Of a DNA stretch of 36,112 bases, positions 18,119-25,706 are shown piece by piece. How positions within the stretch are numbered: the stretch's first letter is position 1; every line of letters starts with the position of its first letter. The translations under genes were made by a program, and so were the position numbers. The stretch lies in NCBI GenBank assembly GCA_003647095.1, contig QMME01000002.1, positions 1 through 36,112 of the forward strand, in the 5' to 3' direction. This stretch comes from Deltaproteobacteria bacterium. GTDB taxonomy: Bacteria > Myxococcota > B64-G9. The notes beneath the pieces are model-generated. The model searched no databases. It was given only the letters and a program-made list of their open reading frames with translations, and was not told the origin of the DNA.

Positions 18119-19029
18119 CGGTTACCGCCTACCGGCCCCTGGCCCTCTGCTGGCTGGCCGTAGAATTCGCTGATGGCGATTTGGGCGGCCCGGGAGCAGT
18201 ACAGGGGTTGAGCATGACCGATCTTGCGGATGAAATGATTGCGAGCCTCGGGATATGGCAGGATGGCGTTTGCCGGCGGCCAGATCATCGGGTCCAGGGC
18301 ATAGAAAACAGAGGAAAACTGTATGTTTTCAGGCAACGGCCGAGCATTGAGCTGACGGATGAAGTCACTACCCGGCAACAGTTGCAGCCCGCTTTCCCCC
18401 GTGACCTTGCGCACATAGGGAACCAGTCCCATCAGTCGCAGCAATCCCCGGTGCGGGTAGGCGGCCAGCCCGGCCCAGGTTCCCTGGTGGGGAGAGGACA
18501 GAAACAGGCATTTTGTGATGGGCAGGTCGTCGGCCAGGCCATGCTGCACCATGGCTCGTATGATCATGCCACCTTGCGAATGGCCCAGCAGGTATATTTC
18601 CGCCGCCGGGGCGCGCTCATGGATGTGACGCAGAATGGCTGCCAGTTGCCGTGATGTCAAGGTGATGTCCTGGCTGTAGGGAAAGTCACCCCAGATGTAG
18701 GTGAAAGCATCAAACAGCTCATTGCCGAGTTGTCGTTCCAGGCGGTAGAAGCTGAGCGGGCTTTGCATGTAACCGGTGACCATGACTACCAGTCGTCGCT
18801 GACCACGGTAGCGAGCCAGTCGCTTGACATGGTAGTCGTCGTCATAAAGCAGCTTACCGGAGAACCCCACCGAGGTATCCACCACGTTCTTGCCAACGAA
18901 GTAGACCTCTTCCAGGGCACTGAAGCCCAGCGTGACCGCCTCCTGGTAACGTTCCGGCGGCAGCAACCGTCTGTTGAATTGCTTGACCCGGTGCAGCAGA
19001 TCACCGGGGGAAAGCCTTGTTGTATTCAC
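18115..19029 (-). CDS. Alpha/beta hydrolase, lipase/PGAP1-like (no signal peptide)
   Basis: Nucleophile elbow YLLGHSQGG after a beta strand (LVVMVTGY). Candidate Asp/His further on (ALDPMIWP; KIGHAQP). The GTG start overlaps the upstream stop (GTGA at 19026-19029), and the stop overlaps the downstream start. Confidence 0.8.
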   Translation of the reverse strand: MNTTRLSPGDLLHRVKQFNRRLLPPERYQEAVTLGFSALEEVYFVGKNVVDTSVGFSGKLLYDDDYHVKRLARYRGQRRLVVMVTGYMQSPLSFYRLERQLGNELFDAFTYIWGDFPYSQDITLTSRQLAAILRHIHERAPAAEIYLLGHSQGGMIIRAMVQHGLADDLPITKCLFLSSPHQGTWAGLAAYPHRGLLRLMGLVPYVRKVTGESGLQLLPGSDFIRQLNARPLPENIQFSSVFYALDPMIWPPANAILPYPEARNHFIRKIGHAQPLYCSRAAQIAISEFYGQPAEGQGPVGGNR

Positions 19030-21044
19030 CTTGTCTGCTCACTCTCTCCCGTAAGTTCCACCAACCGGGCCAGTTTACGACGTAGTCCCAGTGGCCACAA
19101 GAGAATCAGCAGCAGCGAGCCCGCGGTTCCCGCCGTTTGACAGCACAGGTCTTCATCGCTGTCGGTCTTGCCGTCGCAGTCGTTGTCCACACCATCGCTG
19201 CAGTTGCCGTTGCGAGGGCGTTCATCCACCAGTGGCTCTGCATCGCAACTGGTCCAAGTTCCGCCCGAGCAAGACTGGCTGCCCTGGTGGCAGGAAATGA
19301 AACAAACACGGCTCACACCGTCACAGGAAGCCACGGCGCAATCGCTGACGCCGTCGCAATCGTTGTCCAGGTCGTCTCCACAGTTCTGGAACTGCTCTCC
19401 CTCGGGGCCCGGTTCCGGCAGGCAGGGCCCCCAGGCGCCCTGCTGGCACAGGCGCTGGCCGGCCAGGCAGTCGTTCTGGCAGGGCTGGCTGGCGCCATCG
19501 CATTCGGGGGGACCGCAGTCGGTAATGCCGTCGCAGTCGTTGTCCAGCCCGTCTCCGCAGGTTTCGGGACCGAAATCGGACCCGTACTCGGCTTGATCGC
19601 AAAACGCCCAGGAACCGTCCTGGCACTTGTCGGCACCGTGCAGGTGCTGGCCGGCGCAGACACCGGTGTCATGCTCGCAGGGGGCCAGTACCAGGTCGCT
19701 GTCGGTTGCGTCGACCAATCCATCGCAGTCGTCGTCGATACCGTTGCACTCCTCCAATTCTGGTTGCGGGCAACCCGTCCAGGTATCGGGGCCGGTGCAG
19801 GTCTCGGAACCGACGGCGCAGATGCCCTGGTGATGCTCCCGGCAGGGACGTTGCATGCCGTCGGTGATCCCGTCACAGTCGTTGTCCAGCCCGTCACAGG
19901 CCGTCTCCGGCGGCAGCTGGTAGCTGCCCTGGCTGTGGGCGCTGTAATCGCAGGGCAGCCACTGCTCGTCCTGACAGATGCTCTGTGAGCCGGCACAGAC
20001 GCCCTGCTGCAAGGGACAGGGCTGGGTGGCGCCGTCGGTGCAGCCCGCACAGCCCTCGTCGATGGAACCGTCACAGTCGTTGTCACGCCCGTCGCAACTC
20101 GACTCCTCTTGCTCGTAGGCGTCGTCATGGGCCAGGTAATCGTCCGGGCCGCAGGCCTGCCAAATTCCCCCCTGGCAGTGGGAGGGAAGCTTGCTGGCCC
20201 CGTTGCAGACACCCTGTTGCTTCTCACAAGAGGGAATTTCCAGATCGGGATCGTCGGAATCGGTGAGGCCATCGCAGTCGTTGTCCAGGCCGTCGCAGGA
20301 ACTCTCCTGTTGCTGGTAATCCGGCCCGTAGTCGGCCGAACCGCAGGCCTCGGCCCAGCCGTCGGCACCCAGGCAGGCAAGGTGGGAGCCGGCGCAGACA
20401 CCTTGTTGCAGGGGGCAGTCCGGACCGGTGAGTTCCTCGTCTGCCCGACCGTCGCAGTCGTTGTCGAGCCCGTCGCAGGAGTTCTCTTCGACCTCGTATG
20501 CCGGCGAGTTGGCCAGGTAGTCGTCGCTGTCGCAGGGTACCCAGGCTCCATCCCGGCAATCCTGCGCCGAGCTGAGGGCACCGGCGCACACCCCGACCTG
20601 CAGATGGCACAGGGCCGGGCGCAGACCGTCGTCGGCGGAGTCGGTCAGGCCGTCGCAGTCGTTGTCGACCCCGTCACAGAGTTCGCTGGCTCCCAGGTAG
20701 ACGTCGGCCCGCGAGTCGTCGCAATCGTCGCCACCGCAGGCCAGCGCCAGGTGGCCGTCACCGTCGGCATCTGGTTGCTGGCAGTTGTTGCCGTCGGTCT
20801 CTCCTGCCTGGTCGCTACCATCCAACCGCTCATCGTCCTGCTGACCGCCATCGTCGGCTCCGGTCGGCTCGCCGTCGTCTCCGGGGGGCGTGGCAGTACA
20901 GATACCACCTTCCTCGCCGGGCACGCAGATGAACCCCGCGGGGCAACTGTCGTCTGGACCGCACCGGGTGCCCTCGTAGGCAGGCTGATAACTGCAGGCC
21001 GCCAGCACCAGCAGCAGCGCCGCGACGATGAGCAATCTCCTCAT
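19026..21044 (-). CDS. Modular Cys/Asp-rich lipoprotein with about 10 C-D-G-x-D-N-D-C-D-G modules and a C-terminal Cys + hydrophobic helix + basic tail
   Basis: MRRLLIVAALLLVLAACS carries lipobox L-A-A-C at ATG 21044; the ORF-track start at 21095 is a TTG. There are nine xDNDCDG/DDDCDG motifs plus one DDCDD. They alternate with C..QQGVCAG....C.DG.W..C blocks. The C-terminus is DLCCQTAGTAGSLLLILLWPLGLRRKLARL.... Confidence 0.85.
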   Translation of the reverse strand: MRRLLIVAALLLVLAACSYQPAYEGTRCGPDDSCPAGFICVPGEEGGICTATPPGDDGEPTGADDGGQQDDERLDGSDQAGETDGNNCQQPDADGDGHLALACGGDDCDDSRADVYLGASELCDGVDNDCDGLTDSADDGLRPALCHLQVGVCAGALSSAQDCRDGAWVPCDSDDYLANSPAYEVEENSCDGLDNDCDGRADEELTGPDCPLQQGVCAGSHLACLGADGWAEACGSADYGPDYQQQESSCDGLDNDCDGLTDSDDPDLEIPSCEKQQGVCNGASKLPSHCQGGIWQACGPDDYLAHDDAYEQEESSCDGRDNDCDGSIDEGCAGCTDGATQPCPLQQGVCAGSQSICQDEQWLPCDYSAHSQGSYQLPPETACDGLDNDCDGITDGMQRPCREHHQGICAVGSETCTGPDTWTGCPQPELEECNGIDDDCDGLVDATDSDLVLAPCEHDTGVCAGQHLHGADKCQDGSWAFCDQAEYGSDFGPETCGDGLDNDCDGITDCGPPECDGASQPCQNDCLAGQRLCQQGAWGPCLPEPGPEGEQFQNCGDDLDNDCDGVSDCAVASCDGVSRVCFISCHQGSQSCSGGTWTSCDAEPLVDERPRNGNCSDGVDNDCDGKTDSDEDLCCQTAGTAGSLLLILLWPLGLRRKLARLVELTGESEQTR
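19170..20740 (-). repeat. Dispersed in-frame DNA repeat (GCCGTCGCAGTCGTTGTC and variants) encoding the DNDCDG motif
   Basis: Near-identical ~18-mers start at about 19170, 19350, 19527, 19721, 19870, 20070, 20269, 20449 and 20649. A degenerate copy lies near 20717. Spacing is about 150-205 nt, and all copies are inside the 19026-21044 ORF. Confidence 0.8.
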
Positions 21045-21142
21045 GCAGGCCCGACCTCCAGAGGCGATTTTCGCATGAAAGCTGGTACGGTTCAAACCGG
21101 TCCCCCGACGACCGGTTCACACCACGGTACGGGTAGTCGCTG

Positions 21143-21298
21143 TCATCGCTGGCGGCGACGCAACGCAATGCGCACCAGCACGCCCACCACTGAACCGATC
21201 AGCAAGCCATACAGGGGAGGGATCATTCCCTGGGGATCGGTTCGTCCTCCACCGATGGCGAAGCCGATGCCCAGGCCGATGATACCCAGCAGGCTCAT
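21143..21298 (-). CDS. Possible 51-aa two-helix membrane peptide
   Basis: MSLLGIIGLGIGFAIGGGRTDPQGMIPPLYGLLIGSVVGVLVRIALRRRQR has GC3-rich codons. It is on the same strand, 47 nt upstream of the Cys-rich gene region. No clear RBS. The longer ORF-track version (to 21499) would overlap the cls start. Confidence 0.35.
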   Translation of the reverse strand: MSLLGIIGLGIGFAIGGGRTDPQGMIPPLYGLLIGSVVGVLVRIALRRRQR

Positions 21299-21446
21299 CC
21301 AGGGAACGTAATTGGGATTGAAGGCCACGGCAGTCTTCCTCCGGTCATTGCCAACTATCGCCAGCACAGCATGAAAGGTCGGGGTGTGTCCAGCAAATAG
21401 CAGTGCTGGCAGCCCGGTGGCGATGCTGCTATCATCGGCAGTCGTC

Positions 21447-22919
21447 ATGACCCACTGGTTATTGCAGCATTGGCAGGCCGTGCTGACGGTGCTCACCACC
21501 GTGGGTGGCTACCTGCTGGCCTTCGCGTTAATCGTCCGTATCGTCGACGAACGCAAGGAGGCCGCGGCCACCCTGGCCTGGATCCTGCTCATCGCCTTCC
21601 TCCCCTATCTGGGGGCGTTGCTTTACGTTACCCTGGGCAGGAGGCGTGTCCGCCGGCGGAGCCGCCGCCGCCGATTGGCCCGGGGGTTACTGGAGCGAGG
21701 CCCGGACGCCTGCCCGCATCACCGGGAAGGTTGTACCTCGCTGGTGCGGGAAGACTCGGCGCAACTGGACGAAGTCGCCATCCAGGCCTGCCGGGTGGCC
21801 GGAGAGCCCTTCCTGGCCGGCAATGCCGTGGATGTCTACCTCGAGGCCAACCGCGCCTACCGGCACATGATCGAGGCCATCGACGGCGCTCGTCACCACG
21901 TTCACCTGATGAGCTACATCTTCCGCCCCGACCAGGCCGGGCGCCTGTTCGTCGAACGCTTGCAAAAGAAAGCAGCCCAGGGAGTCGAGGTGCGGCTGTT
22001 GGTGGACGCCGTAGGTTCCCACCGTTTGCCCGACTCCTTCCTGGCCCCGCTGCTGGCCGCCGGAGGCAGGTTCGCGCGTTTCATGCCGGTGTTCAGCCTG
22101 CGCCCGGTGTGGCGGCCGCAGCTGCGCAACCATCGCAAGCTGCTGGTAGTAGACGGCCGGGTGGCCTTTACCGGCGGACTCAATATCGGCGCCGAGTACC
22201 AGGGGCGCAAGAAAAAATACGCGCCCTGGCGCGATACCCAGGTGCGCGTGGAGGGCCCGGCTTGCTGGCGCCTGCAGGAGGTGTTCGTCGACGACTGGTT
22301 CTTCGCCAGCGGCGAGAACCTGCAGGACCGGCTCTACTGGGAGGGCTTTACCGGGGAAGGTTCTCCAGGTGAAAACCTGGTGCAGGTGGTCGAGAGCGGC
22401 CCCGACCGGGAGCGCGACACCATCCACGCGGTGTTCTTCAGCGCCGTCTGCGCCGCCCGCCATCGCATCTATATTACTACCCCCTACCTGGTGCCCGACA
22501 ACGCCATGCTCACCGCCATCAAGACGGCGGCCTGGCGCGGGGTGGACGTGCGCCTGCTGCTGCCGGGTAACTCGGACCTGCCGCTGGTGAAATGGGCCGG
22601 TCGCTCCTTCTACCGGGAGTTGCTGGAGGCGGGGGTGCGCCTGTACGAGCACAGCCCGGGCATCCTGCACGCCAAGACCATGGTGGTAGACGGTTCCTGG
22701 TGTACGGTCGGTTCGGCCAACCTGGATATACGCTCTTTTCGTCTGAACTTCGAGGTCAACGTGGTGGTAAGCGGGGGCGACTTCGCCGGGCGCATGGAGC
22801 GAATCTTCCGCGACGACATCAGCCGCGCCGACGAACTGACCCTGGAGAAGTTGTCCGGCGAGCCACGCCTGGCGCGTTTCACCGCCAGTCTCTGCCGGGT
22901 GCTGTCGCCGGTGCTGTGA
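21447..22919 (+). CDS. cls: Cardiolipin synthase (PLD superfamily, two HKD motifs)
   Basis: N-terminal two-TM region (LTVLTTVGGYLLAFALIV...LAWILLIAFLPYLGALLYV). HKD motifs HRKLLVVDGRVAFTGGLNIG and LHAKTMVVDGSWCTVGSANLD. ATG 21447 gives a typical Cls N-terminus. Confidence 0.9.
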   Translation: MTHWLLQHWQAVLTVLTTVGGYLLAFALIVRIVDERKEAAATLAWILLIAFLPYLGALLYVTLGRRRVRRRSRRRRLARGLLERGPDACPHHREGCTSLVREDSAQLDEVAIQACRVAGEPFLAGNAVDVYLEANRAYRHMIEAIDGARHHVHLMSYIFRPDQAGRLFVERLQKKAAQGVEVRLLVDAVGSHRLPDSFLAPLLAAGGRFARFMPVFSLRPVWRPQLRNHRKLLVVDGRVAFTGGLNIGAEYQGRKKKYAPWRDTQVRVEGPACWRLQEVFVDDWFFASGENLQDRLYWEGFTGEGSPGENLVQVVESGPDRERDTIHAVFFSAVCAARHRIYITTPYLVPDNAMLTAIKTAAWRGVDVRLLLPGNSDLPLVKWAGRSFYRELLEAGVRLYEHSPGILHAKTMVVDGSWCTVGSANLDIRSFRLNFEVNVVVSGGDFAGRMERIFRDDISRADELTLEKLSGEPRLARFTASLCRVLSPVL

Positions 22920-22922
22920 AGT

Positions 22923-23162
22923 TCAGGCGGCCCGCCGGCCGGGAAGCGGCCAGGCCGGTTGCAGGTCCAGAACCGGGGTGCGGCCGTACTCGCTCCAGGA
23001 TGTCCGCTCCCGGCCTCGGGCGTGGAAGCCGGCCGCCTCCTCCACCAGTTCCTCGTCGAACCCGCAGCAGGAGCAGTAGAGCATCCCGGGCAGGGTAATC
23101 AGGACGGCCCCGCAGTCGGGGCAGTGCTCCCAGGGACCGATGCGCTTGCCGATGTCCGTCAT
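22923..23162 (-). CDS. Small zinc-ribbon protein (unknown function)
   Basis: 79 aa with CPDCG...CSCCG (two CxxC pairs). Strong RBS GGGAGGTG 5 nt upstream of ATG 23162. Its stop lies 3 nt from the convergent cls stop. Confidence 0.55.
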   Translation of the reverse strand: MTDIGKRIGPWEHCPDCGAVLITLPGMLYCSCCGFDEELVEEAAGFHARGRERTSWSEYGRTPVLDLQPAWPLPGRRAA

Positions 23163-23329
23163 GTGTCACCTCCCTTGCTATCGGCACCCAGGTTAGCATC
23201 CCCCCCCGACAGTTATCGGGACCCGGGTAGTCGGACGGGTGCGGAATACGGGAAAGTCCAATGTAGGCGGGGCAGGTGTTGATAGTGAGTCCCGGGGGAA
23301 CGGGATCCAGATATAACCATCCCGAGTTA

Positions 23330-23358
23330 TTGACATTTTAGTTGCCAGTGTCTACCAT
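23330..23358 (+). promoter_or_regulatory. Sigma70-like promoter candidate (TTGACA-N17-TACCAT)
   Basis: Perfect -35 TTGACA at 23330-23335, a 17-nt spacer, then TACCAT at 23353-23358. If this promoter is used, translation would have to start at ATG 23369 rather than at 23342 or 23357. Confidence 0.35.
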
Positions 23359-23944
23359 GGCCGGCGTCATGAGAGGCCCGCGCGCAGGGACATGGCTGGT
23401 TGCCGTCGCGGTCTTGCTGGTAGTCGCGGGGTCGGCGTGGAGCAAGGCCTGGAAGGGAGCTGTGCCCGGCCAGACCACCCGCCAGGAGGTCATCGACAAG
23501 TTCGGTCCTCCCTTCAAGGAGTTTTCCAAGGGCGGCAAGTTGTCGAACGGCCTGAGCTACCAAGGCGATCAGGCTATTGAAGGAGCCCTGGAGGCTGATT
23601 TTTACTTCGACAAGAACGACGTACTCTTTCGCATCGACGTCTTCCCTGTGCGCCAGATAACCGGGGACCAGGTAAAACGGATATTCGGCAAGCGTTACGT
23701 CGAGCGGGTCAGCAGCAAGGGCTACAAGTACTTCGTCTACCCCGAGACCGGCATGGTGGTGTTCTTCGAAAAGGACGGCAAGCTGGTTCGCTCCTTCACT
23801 TTCATCGAGGGAAAGAAGAAGCCTGTCAAGTCCGGTTGGCTCCGGGAGTGGTTGCCCGGGAATGGGTGCTGTCGGAGCCCGGGGGCTCGCCTGGGCGTTT
23901 CGGCTGGCCATGAAGGGGGCCCGGGGTGTTCCTCTACGGTTTGA
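23357..23944 (+). CDS. Exported protein of unknown function
   Basis: Signal-peptide-like MAGVMRGPRAGTWLVAVAVLLVVAGSAWS followed by a ~150-aa Lys/Phe-rich domain (VIDKFGPPFKEFSKGGKL...GYKYFVYPETGMVVFFEKDGKLV). The start is ambiguous (23342 TTG, 23357 ATG or 23369 ATG). The 3' end overlaps coaE by 19 nt. Confidence 0.55.
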   Translation: MAGVMRGPRAGTWLVAVAVLLVVAGSAWSKAWKGAVPGQTTRQEVIDKFGPPFKEFSKGGKLSNGLSYQGDQAIEGALEADFYFDKNDVLFRIDVFPVRQITGDQVKRIFGKRYVERVSSKGYKYFVYPETGMVVFFEKDGKLVRSFTFIEGKKKPVKSGWLREWLPGNGCCRSPGARLGVSAGHEGGPGCSSTV

Positions 23945-24531
23945 CCGGCAACCTGGGAGCTGGCAAGAGCACGGTCGGAGGGATGTTCAGGGAACTTGGC
24001 TTCCCCGTCGTCGATGCCGACGTCATCGGCCATCGCCTGTTGCAACGGCCCGGGCCGGTGCAACAGCAAGTCACCCAGTTTTTTCCCGCTTGCCGGGAGG
24101 AAACGGGCCAGCTATCACGTGCCCGCCTGGCCGAGGAGGTGTTTGCCAGTGAATCCCGGCGCCGGCAACTCGAACAGATCCTGCACCCGGCCATATGGGT
24201 GGAGGTACAGCGGCAACTGGACGCGGTGCCGGCAGCCATCGGCCTGGTGGAAGCGGCGGTATTGCTGGAAAGCCAGGTCCAGGAATGGAAGCGCCTGGCC
24301 GGCCTGGTGCTGGTGGTGGCTCCACGCCGACTACGCCGGCAACGAGCCCTGACCCGGGGAGGCGTTTCCACGGTGCAACTGGAGCAGCGCCTGGAGGTAC
24401 AGATGAAGCAATCCACCAAGTTGCTGGCGGCCGATTTCCTGATCGACAATTCCGGAACGCTGCCAGCGACACGCCGGCAGGTGGACGGTGTGGCCAAGCT
24501 CATGCTCTGGGAATCTGGAGGGTTGTCATGA
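23926..24531 (+). CDS. coaE: Dephospho-CoA kinase
   Basis: P-loop LYGLTGNLGAGKSTV followed by VVDADVIGH and ILHPAI, ~200 aa. GTG start. Confidence 0.88.
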   Translation: MFLYGLTGNLGAGKSTVGGMFRELGFPVVDADVIGHRLLQRPGPVQQQVTQFFPACREETGQLSRARLAEEVFASESRRRQLEQILHPAIWVEVQRQLDAVPAAIGLVEAAVLLESQVQEWKRLAGLVLVVAPRRLRRQRALTRGGVSTVQLEQRLEVQMKQSTKLLAADFLIDNSGTLPATRRQVDGVAKLMLWESGGLS

Positions 24532-25700
24532 CCGGCAAGAGTCCGAGCAAGACAGTGAAAAGCCGGGGTAACGTTCGGCGACGAACCGGTAGCGGTCGGG
24601 GCCGGGTACGCCGGGTGTTGGTTACCGGTTACCCGGGATTCCTGGGCAAGCGGCTGGTGGCCCAGTTGTTGGCCAGCGAGCCGCAGAGTCATTTCTACCT
24701 GCTGGTGCAGGAAAAATTTCTCGAGGATGCCCGTAAATACGTCAAGGCTTTGCGGCGGCGCAACCTGGAGCGGGTCAAACTGCTCAGCGGTGATATCGCC
24801 GACATGCACCTGGGGCTGGCGGCCTCCGAGGTCAAGGAGATCACTGCCCGGGTTACCGACATCTATCACCTGGCGGCCATTTCCTACCTGCGGGTTCCCG
24901 AAGCGGTGATCTGGCGGGTCAACGTGGAAGGCACCGGCAACGTCCTGGACCTGGCCGGCGAATGCCGGCGCCTGCAGCGCTTCAATCACATGAGCAGCTG
25001 CTACGTGTCCGGCAGTCGCAAGGGAGTAGTCATGGAGGAAGAACTGGACGAGGGCCAGTCCTTCCGCAATCCCTACGAGCGCACCAAGTTCGAGGCCGAG
25101 AAGCTGGTTCGCCGGGCGGCATCCCACTTGCCGGTGAGCATCTACCGGCCGGCCATCGTGGTGGGTGATTCACGTACCGGTGAGATCGGGCGCTTCGACG
25201 GGCCATATTACCTGGGCATGCTGTTGGCTTCCTCACCGGTGGCGGTGCCCTTGCCCCTGCCGGGACGGGGAGAGGCACCGGTCAACATGGTACCCGTGGA
25301 TTATGTCACCACAGCCGTCTGCGCCTTGAGCCGGGAGCGCCAGGCCGAGGGCATGACCTTCCACCTGGTGGATCCCAATCCCCTGTCGGCGCGGCGGGTC
25401 TACCACCTGCTGGCCCAGCGCACCGGCCGCAAGACATCGCGCCTGCGTGTCTCGGTGGGTCTGGCCAAGGCAATTCTCAAGATACCCGGCCTGGAGAAGG
25501 TAAGCCGGGCCCATCGCCAGGCCATGGATTACCTGGATACCATGACCTTCTACAACCATCAGAACAGCGATCGGTTGTTGTTACCCCGGGGTATAACCTG
25601 CCCATCTTTCGACAGCTACCTGGATCGCTTGATTGAATACGTCAAGGCCACCGTTGCCGCCCGGCGGCGACGTGAGGATGATTCCGATCCGCTGGCATGA
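24528..25700 (+). CDS. NAD(P)-dependent acyl/thioester-reductase-like SDR (extended SDR, NAD_binding_4-like) with a basic N-terminal tail
   Basis: ATG 24528 overlaps the coaE stop (ATGA). VLVTGYPGFLGKRLV (Rossmann fold), HLAA, SSCYVSG and NPYERTKFEAEKLV (YxxxK), then IYRPAIVVGDSRTGE. The ORF-track extension to 24195 lies inside coaE in another frame. Confidence 0.8.
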   Translation: MTGKSPSKTVKSRGNVRRRTGSGRGRVRRVLVTGYPGFLGKRLVAQLLASEPQSHFYLLVQEKFLEDARKYVKALRRRNLERVKLLSGDIADMHLGLAASEVKEITARVTDIYHLAAISYLRVPEAVIWRVNVEGTGNVLDLAGECRRLQRFNHMSSCYVSGSRKGVVMEEELDEGQSFRNPYERTKFEAEKLVRRAASHLPVSIYRPAIVVGDSRTGEIGRFDGPYYLGMLLASSPVAVPLPLPGRGEAPVNMVPVDYVTTAVCALSRERQAEGMTFHLVDPNPLSARRVYHLLAQRTGRKTSRLRVSVGLAKAILKIPGLEKVSRAHRQAMDYLDTMTFYNHQNSDRLLLPRGITCPSFDSYLDRLIEYVKATVAARRRREDDSDPLA

Positions 25701-25706
25701 ACGGCT

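Noticed and set aside
19170-20740. Regularly spaced ~18-nt repeats that superficially resemble a CRISPR-like array
   Set aside because: The spacing (about 150-205 nt) is far too long and too irregular. The repeats are not palindromic. All copies lie in one reading frame and encode D-N-D-C-D-G. No cas genes are present.
21095-21117. 7-bp inverted repeat AACCGGT-N9-ACCGGTT between the small hydrophobic ORF and the Cys-rich gene
   Set aside because: The stem is short and ACCGGT is itself palindromic. No U tract follows. The repeat could arise by chance in GC-rich DNA, so I could not assign a function.
19137-21311. Multiple long alternative-frame and antisense ORFs across the DNDCDG gene (19137-19988, 19313-20581, 20109-21311 and others)
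   Set aside because: They are products of the repetitive GC-rich coding sequence. Only the 19026-21044 frame yields a lipobox and a regular Cys spacing.
21470-22372. 300-aa ORF in an alternative frame inside cls, and 21687-22670 on the antisense strand
   Set aside because: Both are Arg/Pro/Gly-rich shadow ORFs. The cls frame carries both HKD motifs.
24195-24527. N-terminal extensions given by the ORF track (24195 for the reductase, 8495 for the IMPase, 12584 for the lipoprotein, 21384 for cls, 21499 for the small ORF, 21095 for the Cys-rich gene)
   Set aside because: The extensions overlap upstream genes or promoter regions and lack an RBS. They encode Gly/Arg/Pro-rich junk. Internal starts give canonical N-termini, ATGA/GTGA coupling or good Shine-Dalgarno sequences.
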